From Gammaproteobacteria bacterium (GTDB lineage: Bacteria; Pseudomonadota; Gammaproteobacteria; Magnimaribacterales; D2472): a stretch of DNA of 64,000 nucleotides. The notes under the pieces are model-generated. The model saw only the letters and a list, made by a program, of their open reading frames with translations, was not told where the DNA came from and searched no databases. This document shows, one piece after another, positions 55,385 to 64,000 of the stretch. The stretch covers positions 321,131 through 385,130 of the forward strand of contig JBJLIP010000001.1 of the NCBI GenBank assembly GCA_045563715.1, in the 5' to 3' direction. Numbering within the stretch: the first letter of the stretch is position 1; each line of letters begins with the position of its first letter. Position numbers and translations under genes: made by a program.

Positions 55385-56853
55385 ATACCAATAAAAATTG
55401 TAAGTAGAACTATTATAAATGAAAAAATGTAGCTAAATACATAGCCATAACTATTATAAAATGTATTTTTATTTATTAGCTGAACTTTTCCTTCCAAAAC
55501 ACCAATAGCACCTTTTTCTAATTTATCGACTATTGTTCCATTATTCGAAATTATTGCTGAAATGCCATCATTTGTTGCCCGTATAGACCATCTATTGTTT
55601 TCTATTGACCTTATTCTAGCAATGCTTAGATGTTGATATGGTCCGATTGAATTGCCAAACCAAGTATCATTAGAAACGTTTATTATCAAAAATGAACTTT
55701 TGTTCATTTTTCTTACAGTGTTTGCAAAAGCAATGTCAAAACAAATAGGTGTTGCAATAGATATATTATTCAATATTATTATATTCTTTTGATTTTCAGG
55801 CCCATGCATTATGTTTGACATAGGTAAATCAAAAAATCCCACCAAACCCCTTAAACTAGGTATGAATGGAATATATTCACCAAAAGGTACTAAATGCATC
55901 TTTTTATATGAATCTAAGTTTTCTTTTAGAGAGAAGTTATAATTATTTAAGCTGTAAACAGTGTTATATCGGTTCCTTTCTTTATCAGTATCCCAAGCAC
56001 CCATAACAATATTATTAGATTTAGGAGCCTTTTTAACAAATTGATCAAATCTTTTGGATTTAATGGTGTATGGAAGCTCCACCTCGGGTAAAACAATAAT
56101 TTCTGATAAATCTGAAGTTTTGTTAAGGAGATTAAATAATTTTCCTTCTATTTGTGTTTGATATTCTTGTGTATATTTCTTAAAAGGATCAGATGAGGGT
56201 TGGATAATTGATATCAATGTTCCATCATCAAAATCAGCTATCGACCTATGGTTCGGAATTATAGATATAATTATCAAAATAATTATAGAAAGAAAATTTT
56301 TATTTTTGTAATAAAAAACTACCAAAAGACAACATAACACATACATTATCAATGAGGCTGCAGAGACTCCAAATATTGGATATATGTTTTGGGTTATTGT
56401 ATCTAGATATAAATTTCCTGGTATTAGCCATGGAACACCATTTAGGAAGTGATATCTACTAAATTCTCCTATCATTAGTAAACTAGAGGTAGCTAATATT
56501 ATTTGATAATTTTCAGTGATTTCTAACTTATTAAGGAGATATCTAATTAAAAGAAGAGGGCACGTAAAAACAAAAGATAATATTATTAATAAAAGAAAGT
56601 ATATTAGCAAAGATAATGCTATGCTTGTCTCTCCGTAATAGTAAATACTCACTATTATCCAAGACATACCAAATCCCCAATGGCCAATACCCCATAGGAA
56701 GACTGTTATAAATCTATAGCTCTTTTCATAAAGTATTTTATGAATTAGATATGCATACGATATAAATATTAGAAATTTAATTGAAAAGGGTGCAAATGAA
56801 AATATTCCAATTAACCCCATAATTAAAGGTATCAAGAGCTTAGATATTTTCAT
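55351..56853 (-). CDS. lnt: Apolipoprotein N-acyltransferase
   Basis: Multiple N-terminal TM segments plus a CN-hydrolase domain (...VLPEVELP..., ...ICFDIAF...). Sits in the conserved miaB-ybeZ-ybeY-corC-lnt cluster. Confidence 0.9.
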   Translation of the reverse strand: MKISKLLIPLIMGLIGIFSFAPFSIKFLIFISYAYLIHKILYEKSYRFITVFLWGIGHWGFGMSWIIVSIYYYGETSIALSLLIYFLLLIILSFVFTCPLLLIRYLLNKLEITENYQIILATSSLLMIGEFSRYHFLNGVPWLIPGNLYLDTITQNIYPIFGVSAASLIMYVLCCLLVVFYYKNKNFLSIIILIIISIIPNHRSIADFDDGTLISIIQPSSDPFKKYTQEYQTQIEGKLFNLLNKTSDLSEIIVLPEVELPYTIKSKRFDQFVKKAPKSNNIVMGAWDTDKERNRYNTVYSLNNYNFSLKENLDSYKKMHLVPFGEYIPFIPSLRGLVGFFDLPMSNIMHGPENQKNIIILNNISIATPICFDIAFANTVRKMNKSSFLIINVSNDTWFGNSIGPYQHLSIARIRSIENNRWSIRATNDGISAIISNNGTIVDKLEKGAIGVLEGKVQLINKNTFYNSYGYVFSYIFSFIIVLLTIFIGIWKKTSSKQHF

Positions 56854-57707
56854 TGATTTTTAGTAACTTTAAATTTCTTGATTCTTCTTAAATTAGTATC
56901 TAAAACTTTAATAGTTATGTTTTCTATTTTAATCTTATCCCCAATCTTTGGAAGGACTCCAAATTTAGATATAAATAGTCCTCCTAAGGTTTCTGCATCA
57001 ATTGATAATGAATCTATTTTTAAATCAAAAAAACTAATGAACTCTTCTAATTCTATTTTTGGATCAACCATAAAAGTATTTTCTGATATTTCAATAATTT
57101 CATTTAAATCTACATCATGCTCATCTTCAATTTCACCAACTAATTCCTCAAGAATATCTTCAATAGTGATAAGGCCGCATATTGCTCCATATTCATCAAT
57201 AACAACAGCTAAATGAGATTTGTCTTCTTTGAATTCTTCAAGAAGTGTATCAATCTTTTTTGTTTCTGGAACAACATTAGAGTCTCTTAGCATCTCACCT
57301 ATATTAAAGTCTGTACTACCCTTGAATAATTTTGGGAGAATATCTTTAGCCAATAATATTCCTATGACTTCATTTCTTTCGTTTCCTAGAACTGGATATC
57401 TAGAATGACCTGAATCAATAATTTTCGTAATTATTTCATTAGTATCTTCATCTATTTGTATGGTTATCATATCTACCTTAGGAATCATTATTTCCTTTGC
57501 AGTTATATCACCGAGTTTTATTGCTTTTGTAGCAATCGATTCTGCCTCTTTGTCTATTATGTTTTGATCAAGTGCATCTTTTAGGAAGTCAGTGACTTCT
57601 GAAACGGATTGAGTCTTTATAAAAAAAGGATTTCTAAAATATCTTTTTAATTTACTAATAATTCCCGACGGAGGTTGACCTTCTTCATTGTTTTGTTTTT
57701 CGTTCAT
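56850..57707 (-). CDS. corC: CBS-pair/CorC_HlyC domain magnesium/cobalt efflux-associated protein
   Basis: Two CBS repeats followed by a CorC-HlyC transporter-associated C-terminal domain. Synteny also supports the call. Confidence 0.88.
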   Translation of the reverse strand: MNEKQNNEEGQPPSGIISKLKRYFRNPFFIKTQSVSEVTDFLKDALDQNIIDKEAESIATKAIKLGDITAKEIMIPKVDMITIQIDEDTNEIITKIIDSGHSRYPVLGNERNEVIGILLAKDILPKLFKGSTDFNIGEMLRDSNVVPETKKIDTLLEEFKEDKSHLAVVIDEYGAICGLITIEDILEELVGEIEDEHDVDLNEIIEISENTFMVDPKIELEEFISFFDLKIDSLSIDAETLGGLFISKFGVLPKIGDKIKIENITIKVLDTNLRRIKKFKVTKNQ

Positions 57708-58157
57708 TTATTTATATGGGTTTCTAATATTTAATTTATTTAGCAAAGCTATTTCTTTTTCTTCCATGATTGAAGCCATTTTATCATTTTCATGGTCGAG
57801 GCCTAATATATGATATATCCCATGAATCAACATGTGAATAATATGGTCATCAAAAGTTTTACCTTGCTGTTTGGATTCGCTCTTTATGAAATCATAGTTA
57901 ATTGCTATATCACCCAAGTTTCCAGTTATAGATTTAGAAATATCTTGGTTTGTAAAAGATAAAACATTGGTTGATGATTCTTTTTTTCTAAACTGTTTAT
58001 TTAAATTAATCATCTCCTCATTATTTACTATCTTTATGTTTATTGTTTTATCGGATAGATCTTCTTCATAAGAAAGAACTTCAAAAGCTAGATTTAGTTT
58101 AGCTATCAATTCTTTATCTAAAACAAATTCATTACTGCATAAAATTTCTAAGCCCAC
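57708..58157 (-). CDS. ybeY: rRNA maturation endoribonuclease YbeY
   Basis: Zinc motif HGIYHILGLDHE. Confidence 0.93.
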   Translation of the reverse strand: MGLEILCSNEFVLDKELIAKLNLAFEVLSYEEDLSDKTINIKIVNNEEMINLNKQFRKKESSTNVLSFTNQDISKSITGNLGDIAINYDFIKSESKQQGKTFDDHIIHMLIHGIYHILGLDHENDKMASIMEEKEIALLNKLNIRNPYK

Positions 58158-59117
58158 CTATAAATCCTTTTTTTCTTCAGAATATTTGTAAGCATCAATT
58201 ATTTTCTTCACCAATGGATGTCTCACAACATCTTGGGAAGAGAAGTATGTAAAGCCGACTCCGTCAGTTTCTTTTAAGACCTCAATTGCGTGAGATAAGC
58301 CAGATTTTATTTGCTTTGGGAGATCAATTTGTGTGATATCGCCATTAATAACAAGTTGTGAGCCAAATCCCATTCTTGTTAGCACCATTTTCATTTGTTC
58401 TTTAGTTGTATTCTGACTTTCATCTACAATAATAAAAGAATTGTTCAGTGTTCTTCCTCTCATATATGCAAGTGGTGCTATTTCAACAACTCCTTTGGTT
58501 AAAAGTTTTTCAGTTTTTTCAATTCCCAGCATTTCGTTCAAAGCATCATAAAGAGGGCGCAAATATGGATCAACTTTCTGAGAAAGATCTCCAGGAAGAA
58601 AGCCAAGCTTTTCGCCAGCTTCAACAGCAGGCCTAACAAGTATAATTCTATCAACAGTTTCATTCAGTAATGAGTCAACTGCTAGAGCAACAGCTAAATA
58701 TGTTTTTCCTGTGCCGGCAGGGCCAATACCAAAATTAATATCAAGATGTCTAATATTTTCTATATAAGATCTTTGATTTTTTCCTCTTGGGACAATGCTT
58801 TTTTTAGGAGTTTTAATTTTTATTTCTTTATTTATGGCTCTCTCGTCAGAGTCTTGTATGCACAAATATAGAGTTTCTTTTGTAATCTCAATGCCTTTTC
58901 CTGCAGCTTCATATAGCCTTTTTAAGGCTTCTGCAGATAATCTAACATTTTCTTCAGATCCTTTTATTTTCAGATTATTATTGTTCTGGAATATTCTGAC
59001 ATTAAAAGTTTTTTCTACAAATTTAAGATTTTCGTTAAGCTCTCCCACAAACCTTATCATTGTGTTTGCATTCGAGGGTTTTAATTCAAGATTTGTTAAA
59101 GCTGAATCTTTAGACAT
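58158..59117 (-). CDS. ybeZ: PhoH-like ATPase
   Basis: Walker A GPAGTGKTYLAVA, Walker B IIVDESQN, and synteny with ybeY. Confidence 0.92.
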   Translation of the reverse strand: MSKDSALTNLELKPSNANTMIRFVGELNENLKFVEKTFNVRIFQNNNNLKIKGSEENVRLSAEALKRLYEAAGKGIEITKETLYLCIQDSDERAINKEIKIKTPKKSIVPRGKNQRSYIENIRHLDINFGIGPAGTGKTYLAVALAVDSLLNETVDRIILVRPAVEAGEKLGFLPGDLSQKVDPYLRPLYDALNEMLGIEKTEKLLTKGVVEIAPLAYMRGRTLNNSFIIVDESQNTTKEQMKMVLTRMGFGSQLVINGDITQIDLPKQIKSGLSHAIEVLKETDGVGFTYFSSQDVVRHPLVKKIIDAYKYSEEKKDL

Positions 59118-60442
59118 TAATTTTGTAAATTACCTCTTAAACAATTTGGAAGTGCTTCATTTATCTGAATATTAATCATTTGACCAACTAAATCAATATC
59201 ATTTGATGAAAAATTAACAATACGATTACATATTGTTCTGGCTTGTAATTGCCCCGGATCTCTTTTTGATTGTCCGTATACAAGACAATTCTGAACTGTG
59301 CCGACTTTCTTCCTGCTATAACCAAATGAAAGTTGATTTAATCTATTTTGTAAAATATTAAGTCTTTCTTTTTTTTCTTCTTGAGAGACATCATCCGGCA
59401 TATCAGATGCTGTAGTATTTGGTCTTGGGCTGTATATAAAACTATATGATTCATCGAATTTTACTTCATTAATCACATCCATGGTTCCCTTAAAATCCTC
59501 ATTAGTTTCGCCAGGAAATCCTACAATAAAATCAGATGAAAAACTCATGTCTGGTCTAACAGATTTTATTCTATCGATGAGGTTTAGATACTTCTCTATA
59601 TTATATCTTCTTCTCATTAATTTTAAGATTCTATCTGATCCGCTTTGAACTGGTAGATGAACATGGCTAACTAGCTCAGGAACTTTGTCGTATACTTCAA
59701 CAAGATCATCTTTAAATTCATGGGGATGACTCGTTGTGTATCTTATTCTTTCGATATTATCGATCTTCGCTGTTAGCTCAATCAATTTAGCCAATGAGGC
59801 TTTCTCACCTTTGTAGGTTCCCTTAAAGTTATTTACATTTTGACCTAAAAGATGTATCTCTCTTGTTCCTTTGTCTGCCAATACAGAAATCTCATTTAAT
59901 ATATCCTCAATAGTTCTAGAAACTTCATGGCCTCTTGTTTTAGGAACAACACAAAATGAGCAATATTTATTACAACCTTCGATTATTGATACAAATGCTG
60001 ATGGTTCTCCTGTGCCAATGACCGGTATATGTGTAAATTTCTCTAATTTAGGAAAAGATATATCAATTTGATTGATATTTGTTTGTTCTTTTTCATTGTA
60101 TAGCTCTGGAAGTTTATGCAGGGTCTGGGGGCCAAAAACTATGTCCACTGCTGGAGCTCTCTTAATAATATTTTCGCCTTCTTGAGAAGCTACACAGCCT
60201 CCAATAGCTATTTTAAGATCTGGTTTTTTGTCTTTAATCTTTCTCCATCTACCAATTTGATGAAAAACTTTTTCTTGTGCTTTTTCTCTAATTGAACAAG
60301 TATTTAAAATAAGTAGGTCTGCCTCTTCTTCGCTTTTTGCAAGCTCGAAATCTTCTTTTTCTTCGAGAAGATCAAACATCTTGGCAGAATCATACTCATT
60401 CATCTGACATCCATGAGTTTTTATAAATAATTTTTTTGTCAT
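59117..60442 (-). CDS. miaB: tRNA-2-methylthio-N6-dimethylallyladenosine synthase
   Basis: N-terminal [14 protein letters not shown], radical-SAM [11 protein letters not shown], and a TRAM domain. Confidence 0.95.
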   Translation of the reverse strand: MTKKLFIKTHGCQMNEYDSAKMFDLLEEKEDFELAKSEEEADLLILNTCSIREKAQEKVFHQIGRWRKIKDKKPDLKIAIGGCVASQEGENIIKRAPAVDIVFGPQTLHKLPELYNEKEQTNINQIDISFPKLEKFTHIPVIGTGEPSAFVSIIEGCNKYCSFCVVPKTRGHEVSRTIEDILNEISVLADKGTREIHLLGQNVNNFKGTYKGEKASLAKLIELTAKIDNIERIRYTTSHPHEFKDDLVEVYDKVPELVSHVHLPVQSGSDRILKLMRRRYNIEKYLNLIDRIKSVRPDMSFSSDFIVGFPGETNEDFKGTMDVINEVKFDESYSFIYSPRPNTTASDMPDDVSQEEKKERLNILQNRLNQLSFGYSRKKVGTVQNCLVYGQSKRDPGQLQARTICNRIVNFSSNDIDLVGQMINIQINEALPNCLRGNLQN

Positions 60443-60499
60443 ATTAATTAATAACTATAACTTTAATTCTTTAATTTAATTCCCATATATTTAAGTATT

Positions 60500-60826
60500 A
60501 TGAAAACTAAAAATGTTTACAAGATAATTTTCGTTCAACTTGGTGAAATTTATGAAGTTTTTGCAAAACAAATATACCAAAGTGATATGTACGGCTTTAT
60601 CGAGGTGGAAGAGTATATCTTCAATAAAGATAAACAGCTAGTAGTAGACCCTAGTTCAGAAAAATTAAAGAATGAGTTTTCGAAAGTGAATAGAAGCTAT
60701 ATACCTATTAATTCAATAATTCGTATTGATGAAGTTGATGAATCAGGTGAGGCAAAAATAAAAGAAAATAAAGGCAAGGTAAGTCCAATTCCTCTCAATA
60801 TACAGCCTTCAAACACTAAAGATTAA
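60500..60826 (+). CDS. DUF1820 family protein
   Basis: YKIIFVQLGEIYEVFAKQIYQSDMYGFIEVEEYIF...VVDPSSEKLKNEFSKVNRSYIPINSIIRIDEV matches the DUF1820 pattern known from pseudomonads. Confidence 0.65.
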   Translation: MKTKNVYKIIFVQLGEIYEVFAKQIYQSDMYGFIEVEEYIFNKDKQLVVDPSSEKLKNEFSKVNRSYIPINSIIRIDEVDESGEAKIKENKGKVSPIPLNIQPSNTKD

Positions 60827-60827
60827 G

Positions 60828-61376
60828 TTAATCTGGCATAAAAAGCTCTTTATAGAACTTTAACTCTGCAACAGACTCTTTAATATCTCCCAGTGCCCTA
60901 TGTGATCCTTTTTTTTCATACACTTGAGCTTCATTCATCCATCTAACTGCAGCTTCTTTAAAAGAAGAAACATCTATGTGTCTATAGTTAAAATATGACT
61001 CTAATCTTGGCATATATTTTGATAGGAATCTTCTGTCATGAGATACCGTATTGCCGCACATTGGAGAAACCTTTTCACCCACATATTTTGAAATAAATTC
61101 TAAAGTATCAATTTCAGCTACTTGTATAGTTACATTGCTGTTTTTGACCTCTTCAATAAGACCAGATGATCCGTGTTGATTTTGATTCCATTCATCCATG
61201 CCATCTAAAAATTCTATCGGTTGAGAGATTACAAGATTTGGTCCTTCAGCAAGAATGTTCAAATCAGAATCCGTAACAAGGGTGGCAATTTCAATAATTC
61301 TTTCCTTGTTTGGATCCAATCCTGTCATTTCAAGGTCAATCCATATTAAATTATCTCTAGATTGTAATGTCTTCAT
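60828..61376 (-). CDS. orn: Oligoribonuclease
   Basis: NLIWIDLEMTGLDP DEDDh exonuclease motif and the HRALGDI motif. Divergent from rsgA, as in E. coli. Confidence 0.95.
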   Translation of the reverse strand: MKTLQSRDNLIWIDLEMTGLDPNKERIIEIATLVTDSDLNILAEGPNLVISQPIEFLDGMDEWNQNQHGSSGLIEEVKNSNVTIQVAEIDTLEFISKYVGEKVSPMCGNTVSHDRRFLSKYMPRLESYFNYRHIDVSSFKEAAVRWMNEAQVYEKKGSHRALGDIKESVAELKFYKELFMPD

Positions 61377-61417
61377 CTCTTCTTATAATCATCTGTTTAG
61401 TGTATTTTGTTCTTATT

Positions 61418-62278
61418 ATGGAAAAAGTTCAAACCGGACAAGTGATTGAATTCTATTCAAATAGTTGTCTTGTAAAAACAAATTTTGGAAAATTTAAATG
61501 TTTGGCTATCAAAAACGTTGTAGTTGGTGATTTTGTCGATCTAGAAATCATTCAAGATAGCAAAAAACTAGTTGGTAAAATACTAAAGATCAATAATAGA
61601 TTTTCTTCCTTGTCTAAAGGATATGATGATAAAGAAAAATTATTTGCGGCTAATATAACTCATGTTGGAATTCTTGTTACACCAAAACCTAAAACATCTA
61701 CTGAATTTATAGATAAGTGGATTTTAAAAACAAAACTTTCTAATATCAAGGCTTTCATTGTAAATAATAAAATTGATCTAAGCTCAGACAAAGAATATGA
61801 AGAAAAAATAAAAATCTATAAAAATATAAATATAAAAGTTATTGAAATCTCTGCCAAATATCAGAAAAGTTTTGAGGAATTAAGTGATTATATTAAGGGT
61901 ATGTGTGTATTATTTGTTGGTAATTCTGGAGCTGGTAAATCTACTCTCACATCAAAAATTATCGACAAGGATCTGAAAACAAATGAATTATCAAATGACC
62001 AGGGTGTCCATACTACATCAATATCTTCTTTATACGAGCTGCCTGGTAATAGAAAAATTATTGATTCGCCTGGGATGCGAGATATTGAAATAGCTGAATA
62101 TCCAAAAGATAAAATAATTCATGGGTTTAAAGAGATATTAGAATCATCTAAAGCTTGTAAATTTAGTGACTGCAACCATATTAAGAATGAAGGTTGTAAT
62201 GTTGAAAAAGATTTATTAAATGGTGTTATTAGTAAAAGCAGATACAATAATTTCATAAAATTTAGAGATCATGAATAA
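61418..62278 (+). CDS. rsgA: Ribosome small-subunit-dependent GTPase A
   Basis: OB-fold N-terminus, NKIDL, VGNSGAGKSTL and a C-terminal Cys cluster CKFSDCNHIKNEGC. The ATG at 61418 is preferred; the track start at 61367 overlaps the orn start. Confidence 0.9.
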   Translation: MEKVQTGQVIEFYSNSCLVKTNFGKFKCLAIKNVVVGDFVDLEIIQDSKKLVGKILKINNRFSSLSKGYDDKEKLFAANITHVGILVTPKPKTSTEFIDKWILKTKLSNIKAFIVNNKIDLSSDKEYEEKIKIYKNINIKVIEISAKYQKSFEELSDYIKGMCVLFVGNSGAGKSTLTSKIIDKDLKTNELSNDQGVHTTSISSLYELPGNRKIIDSPGMRDIEIAEYPKDKIIHGFKEILESSKACKFSDCNHIKNEGCNVEKDLLNGVISKSRYNNFIKFRDHE

Positions 62279-63011
62279 AAAGACCTATTTTGGATACAAA
62301 GAAATAAAAGAATCTGATAAAAGTAAGTATGTGGGCGAGGTTTTTACTTCTGTATCCAAAAACTACGACATCATGAATGATGCTATGTCTTTTGGTATAC
62401 ACAGATTGTGGAAAAAGATCCTTGTAGAGTTAGCTTCCGTTGGAGATAAAGACATAATATTAGATATAGCCAGTGGAACAGGGGATATTTCAAAAATAAT
62501 ATCTAAAGAATACCCAAATACCAGTATCTTTATGACTGATATTAACTTCGAAATGTTGGATGAGGGAAGGAATAGGGCTATAGACGAAAACTTTTATTCA
62601 AATTGTTCATTTTGTCAGCTTGATGGTGAGGTTTTGCCTTTTGATAGTGGTGCTTTTGACTTGATCACTGTCGGTTTTGGTCTTAGAAATTTTACAAACA
62701 AAGAAAAAGGCTTAAGTGAGATGAAAAGATGTCTTAAAGAAAATGGCAAGTTATTAGTTTTAGAGTTTTCAAAACCTAATAACCAAATTTTTTCTAAAAT
62801 ATACGACTGGTATTCTTTTAATATTCTACCTAAGTTAGGCTCATTGCTTGCAAATGATTCTGAAAGTTATAAATATCTAGCAGAGTCTATAAGAATGCAT
62901 CCTGATCAGGAGAAACTAAAAGAGATGATGCAAGGCGTAGGTCTAGTGGATTGTAAATTCTATAATCTACTTAATGGAGTAGTTGCAATTCATATTGGTA
63001 ATAATGATTAA
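62271..63011 (+). CDS. ubiE: Ubiquinone/menaquinone C-methyltransferase
   Basis: YDIMNDAMSFGIHRLWK, the SAM motif LDIASGTGD, and GFGLRN. Confidence 0.93.
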   Translation: MNKKTYFGYKEIKESDKSKYVGEVFTSVSKNYDIMNDAMSFGIHRLWKKILVELASVGDKDIILDIASGTGDISKIISKEYPNTSIFMTDINFEMLDEGRNRAIDENFYSNCSFCQLDGEVLPFDSGAFDLITVGFGLRNFTNKEKGLSEMKRCLKENGKLLVLEFSKPNNQIFSKIYDWYSFNILPKLGSLLANDSESYKYLAESIRMHPDQEKLKEMMQGVGLVDCKFYNLLNGVVAIHIGNND

Positions 63012-63504
63012 TACTAACAAGGCTCTTAATAGGCTTATTGAAGACCTCAAAGACTCATCTCCAAACCTAGAAAATTCTATAAAAGAAATTGCGCCACTAA
63101 CCTTTTTATTAAACATAAAGGGCCATAAAGATATTTATATAACAATAAATGAAGAATCTTCTAATATTAGTTTTTCAGAGCAAAGCTGTGACTTCGAGAT
63201 AAGGGCATCTTTAATCGATTTGCTAAAACTAGCAATATCAGGAAAATTAAATAAAGGTTTGATATACGGGAATGGTGAAATTGCTATAGTCCTTTTTAAT
63301 GCTATACATAAATCTAATATTGATTTGATTTATTTAATTGACAAATATTTTGGAAGTTTGCCTGCAGTATTTACATATACTATTGTTAAAAAGGTTTTTA
63401 AATCATCAGAAATATACCAAGATAAAAATTATAGGGATATTAGAAAACGCCTAAGAGATATTGCTATAAGGCTTGATAGGCTGGAGGTCTTAAAAAGCTC
63501 ATGA
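63004..63504 (+). CDS. ubiJ: SCP2-domain ubiquinone biosynthesis accessory factor (UbiJ/YigP-like)
   Basis: Lies between ubiE and ubiB with overlapping stop/start codons on both sides. Size and the amphipathic C-terminal helix fit UbiJ. Direct sequence recognition is weak. Confidence 0.6.
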   Translation: MINTNKALNRLIEDLKDSSPNLENSIKEIAPLTFLLNIKGHKDIYITINEESSNISFSEQSCDFEIRASLIDLLKLAISGKLNKGLIYGNGEIAIVLFNAIHKSNIDLIYLIDKYFGSLPAVFTYTIVKKVFKSSEIYQDKNYRDIRKRLRDIAIRLDRLEVLKSS

Positions 63505-64000
63505 ATTTTATAATAGTTATATTTGAACTTTTAAGAATGTCGTTCCTGGGATTACAAAAAGGTATTTTTTATAAGCCAAACGGGGAAAAATTAGCAGCTT
63601 TTTTAGAGTCTCTTGGTCCTATTTTCACAAAATTTGGTCAACTATTGTCAACAAGAACTGATATTTTAGACTTTAAAACTGCAAAACAATTAGAAAGCTT
63701 AACCGATAACTGTAAACCGTTTGAAGTTTCAAAATTTAAAAAAATTGTTGAATCAGAATTGGGTGATTCAATTACAAACATATTTCATTCATTTGATGAG
63801 GTGCCCCTAGCAGCAGCATCTCTTGCTCAGGTTCACTCAGCCAAACTCAAAAATGGAGATGAAGTTGTTATTAAGGTTCTTCGTCCCGGAATTGAGAAAA
63901 GAGTTAAAAAAAATCTACGACTTTTAAAATCTGCTGCAAGAATTTTCTCTTATCTTTATAAAGATAGTTATAGACTTAAACCTAATGAAGTGATTAGAGA
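63501..64000 (+). CDS. ubiB: Ubiquinone biosynthesis regulatory kinase-like protein UbiB (N-terminal part; continues beyond the window)
   Basis: The ATG at 63501 overlaps the ubiJ stop. LGPIFTKFGQLLSTRTDIL and PLAAASLAQVHSAKL...VIKVLRPGI are ABC1/UbiB signatures, and the frame stays open to the window end. Confidence 0.9.
   Translation, partial: MNFIIVIFELLRMSFLGLQKGIFYKPNGEKLAAFLESLGPIFTKFGQLLSTRTDILDFKTAKQLESLTDNCKPFEVSKFKKIVESELGDSITNIFHSFDEVPLAAASLAQVHSAKLKNGDEVVIKVLRPGIEKRVKKNLRLLKSAARIFSYLYKDSYRLKPNEVIR

Noticed and set aside
1-64000. Window-wide look for CRISPR arrays, IS/transposase genes, intact integrases, toxin-antitoxin pairs, restriction-modification or other defence genes, and rRNA
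   Set aside because: None was recognisable. Every ORF of 100 aa or more is either assignable to a housekeeping or transport family, or is a simple membrane/lipoprotein hypothetical. I found no regular repeat-spacer pattern by eye, although a visual scan of 64 kb cannot exclude short dispersed repeats.

Overview
Very AT-rich, gene-dense 64-kb chromosomal fragment with tiny intergenic gaps and many ATGA or 4-nt gene overlaps. It most likely comes from a streamlined marine gammaproteobacterium. A SAR86-like origin is my inference from three things: a proteorhodopsin, a riboswitch-controlled TonB receptor, and Pseudomonas/E. coli-like core synteny at low GC. I support about 65 CDS, one tRNA-Ile(GAU), a 6S RNA (ssrS) in the conserved zapA-ssrS-ygfA position, a TPP riboswitch, two intrinsic terminators and three sigma70-like promoters. 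Most of the window is housekeeping: tolC-mutM-coaD, tyrS/putA, mepM-anmK-erpA, hemG-hemL, dksA-pcnB, acs, nnrD-tsaE-amiB, priA/rpmE, dut, rpmB, pepP-ubiH, ilvA, rpiA, miaB-ybeZ-ybeY-corC-lnt, orn/rsgA and ubiE-ubiJ-ubiB. I see no transposase, intact integrase, CRISPR array, rRNA or recognisable defence genes, and I found no convincing wholly new multi-gene system. The items most worth follow-up are these. (1) A blue-tuned DTE proteorhodopsin carries a 25-aa Met/acid-rich insertion in the periplasmic B-C loop, and its 5' UTR holds a G-run / anti-SD / SD arrangement. (2) A TPP-riboswitch-controlled TonB receptor, PnuC-family transporter and divergent APH-fold kinase look like a vitamin B1 salvage operon. 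(3) Upstream of a glutathione peroxidase gene lies an unannotated unit with a near-consensus promoter, a C/U-rich hairpin and a terminator-like hairpin, followed by a 28-codon hydrophobic smORF; it is either a candidate sRNA or an attenuator leader. (4) DksA has a roughly 55-aa lysine-rich N-terminal tail. (5) An integrase-arm-like orphan ORF sits beside GTACA repeats. (6) There is a conserved DUF898 plus M48 peptidase pair of unknown function. All homology calls rest on motif recognition by eye; no database search was run.
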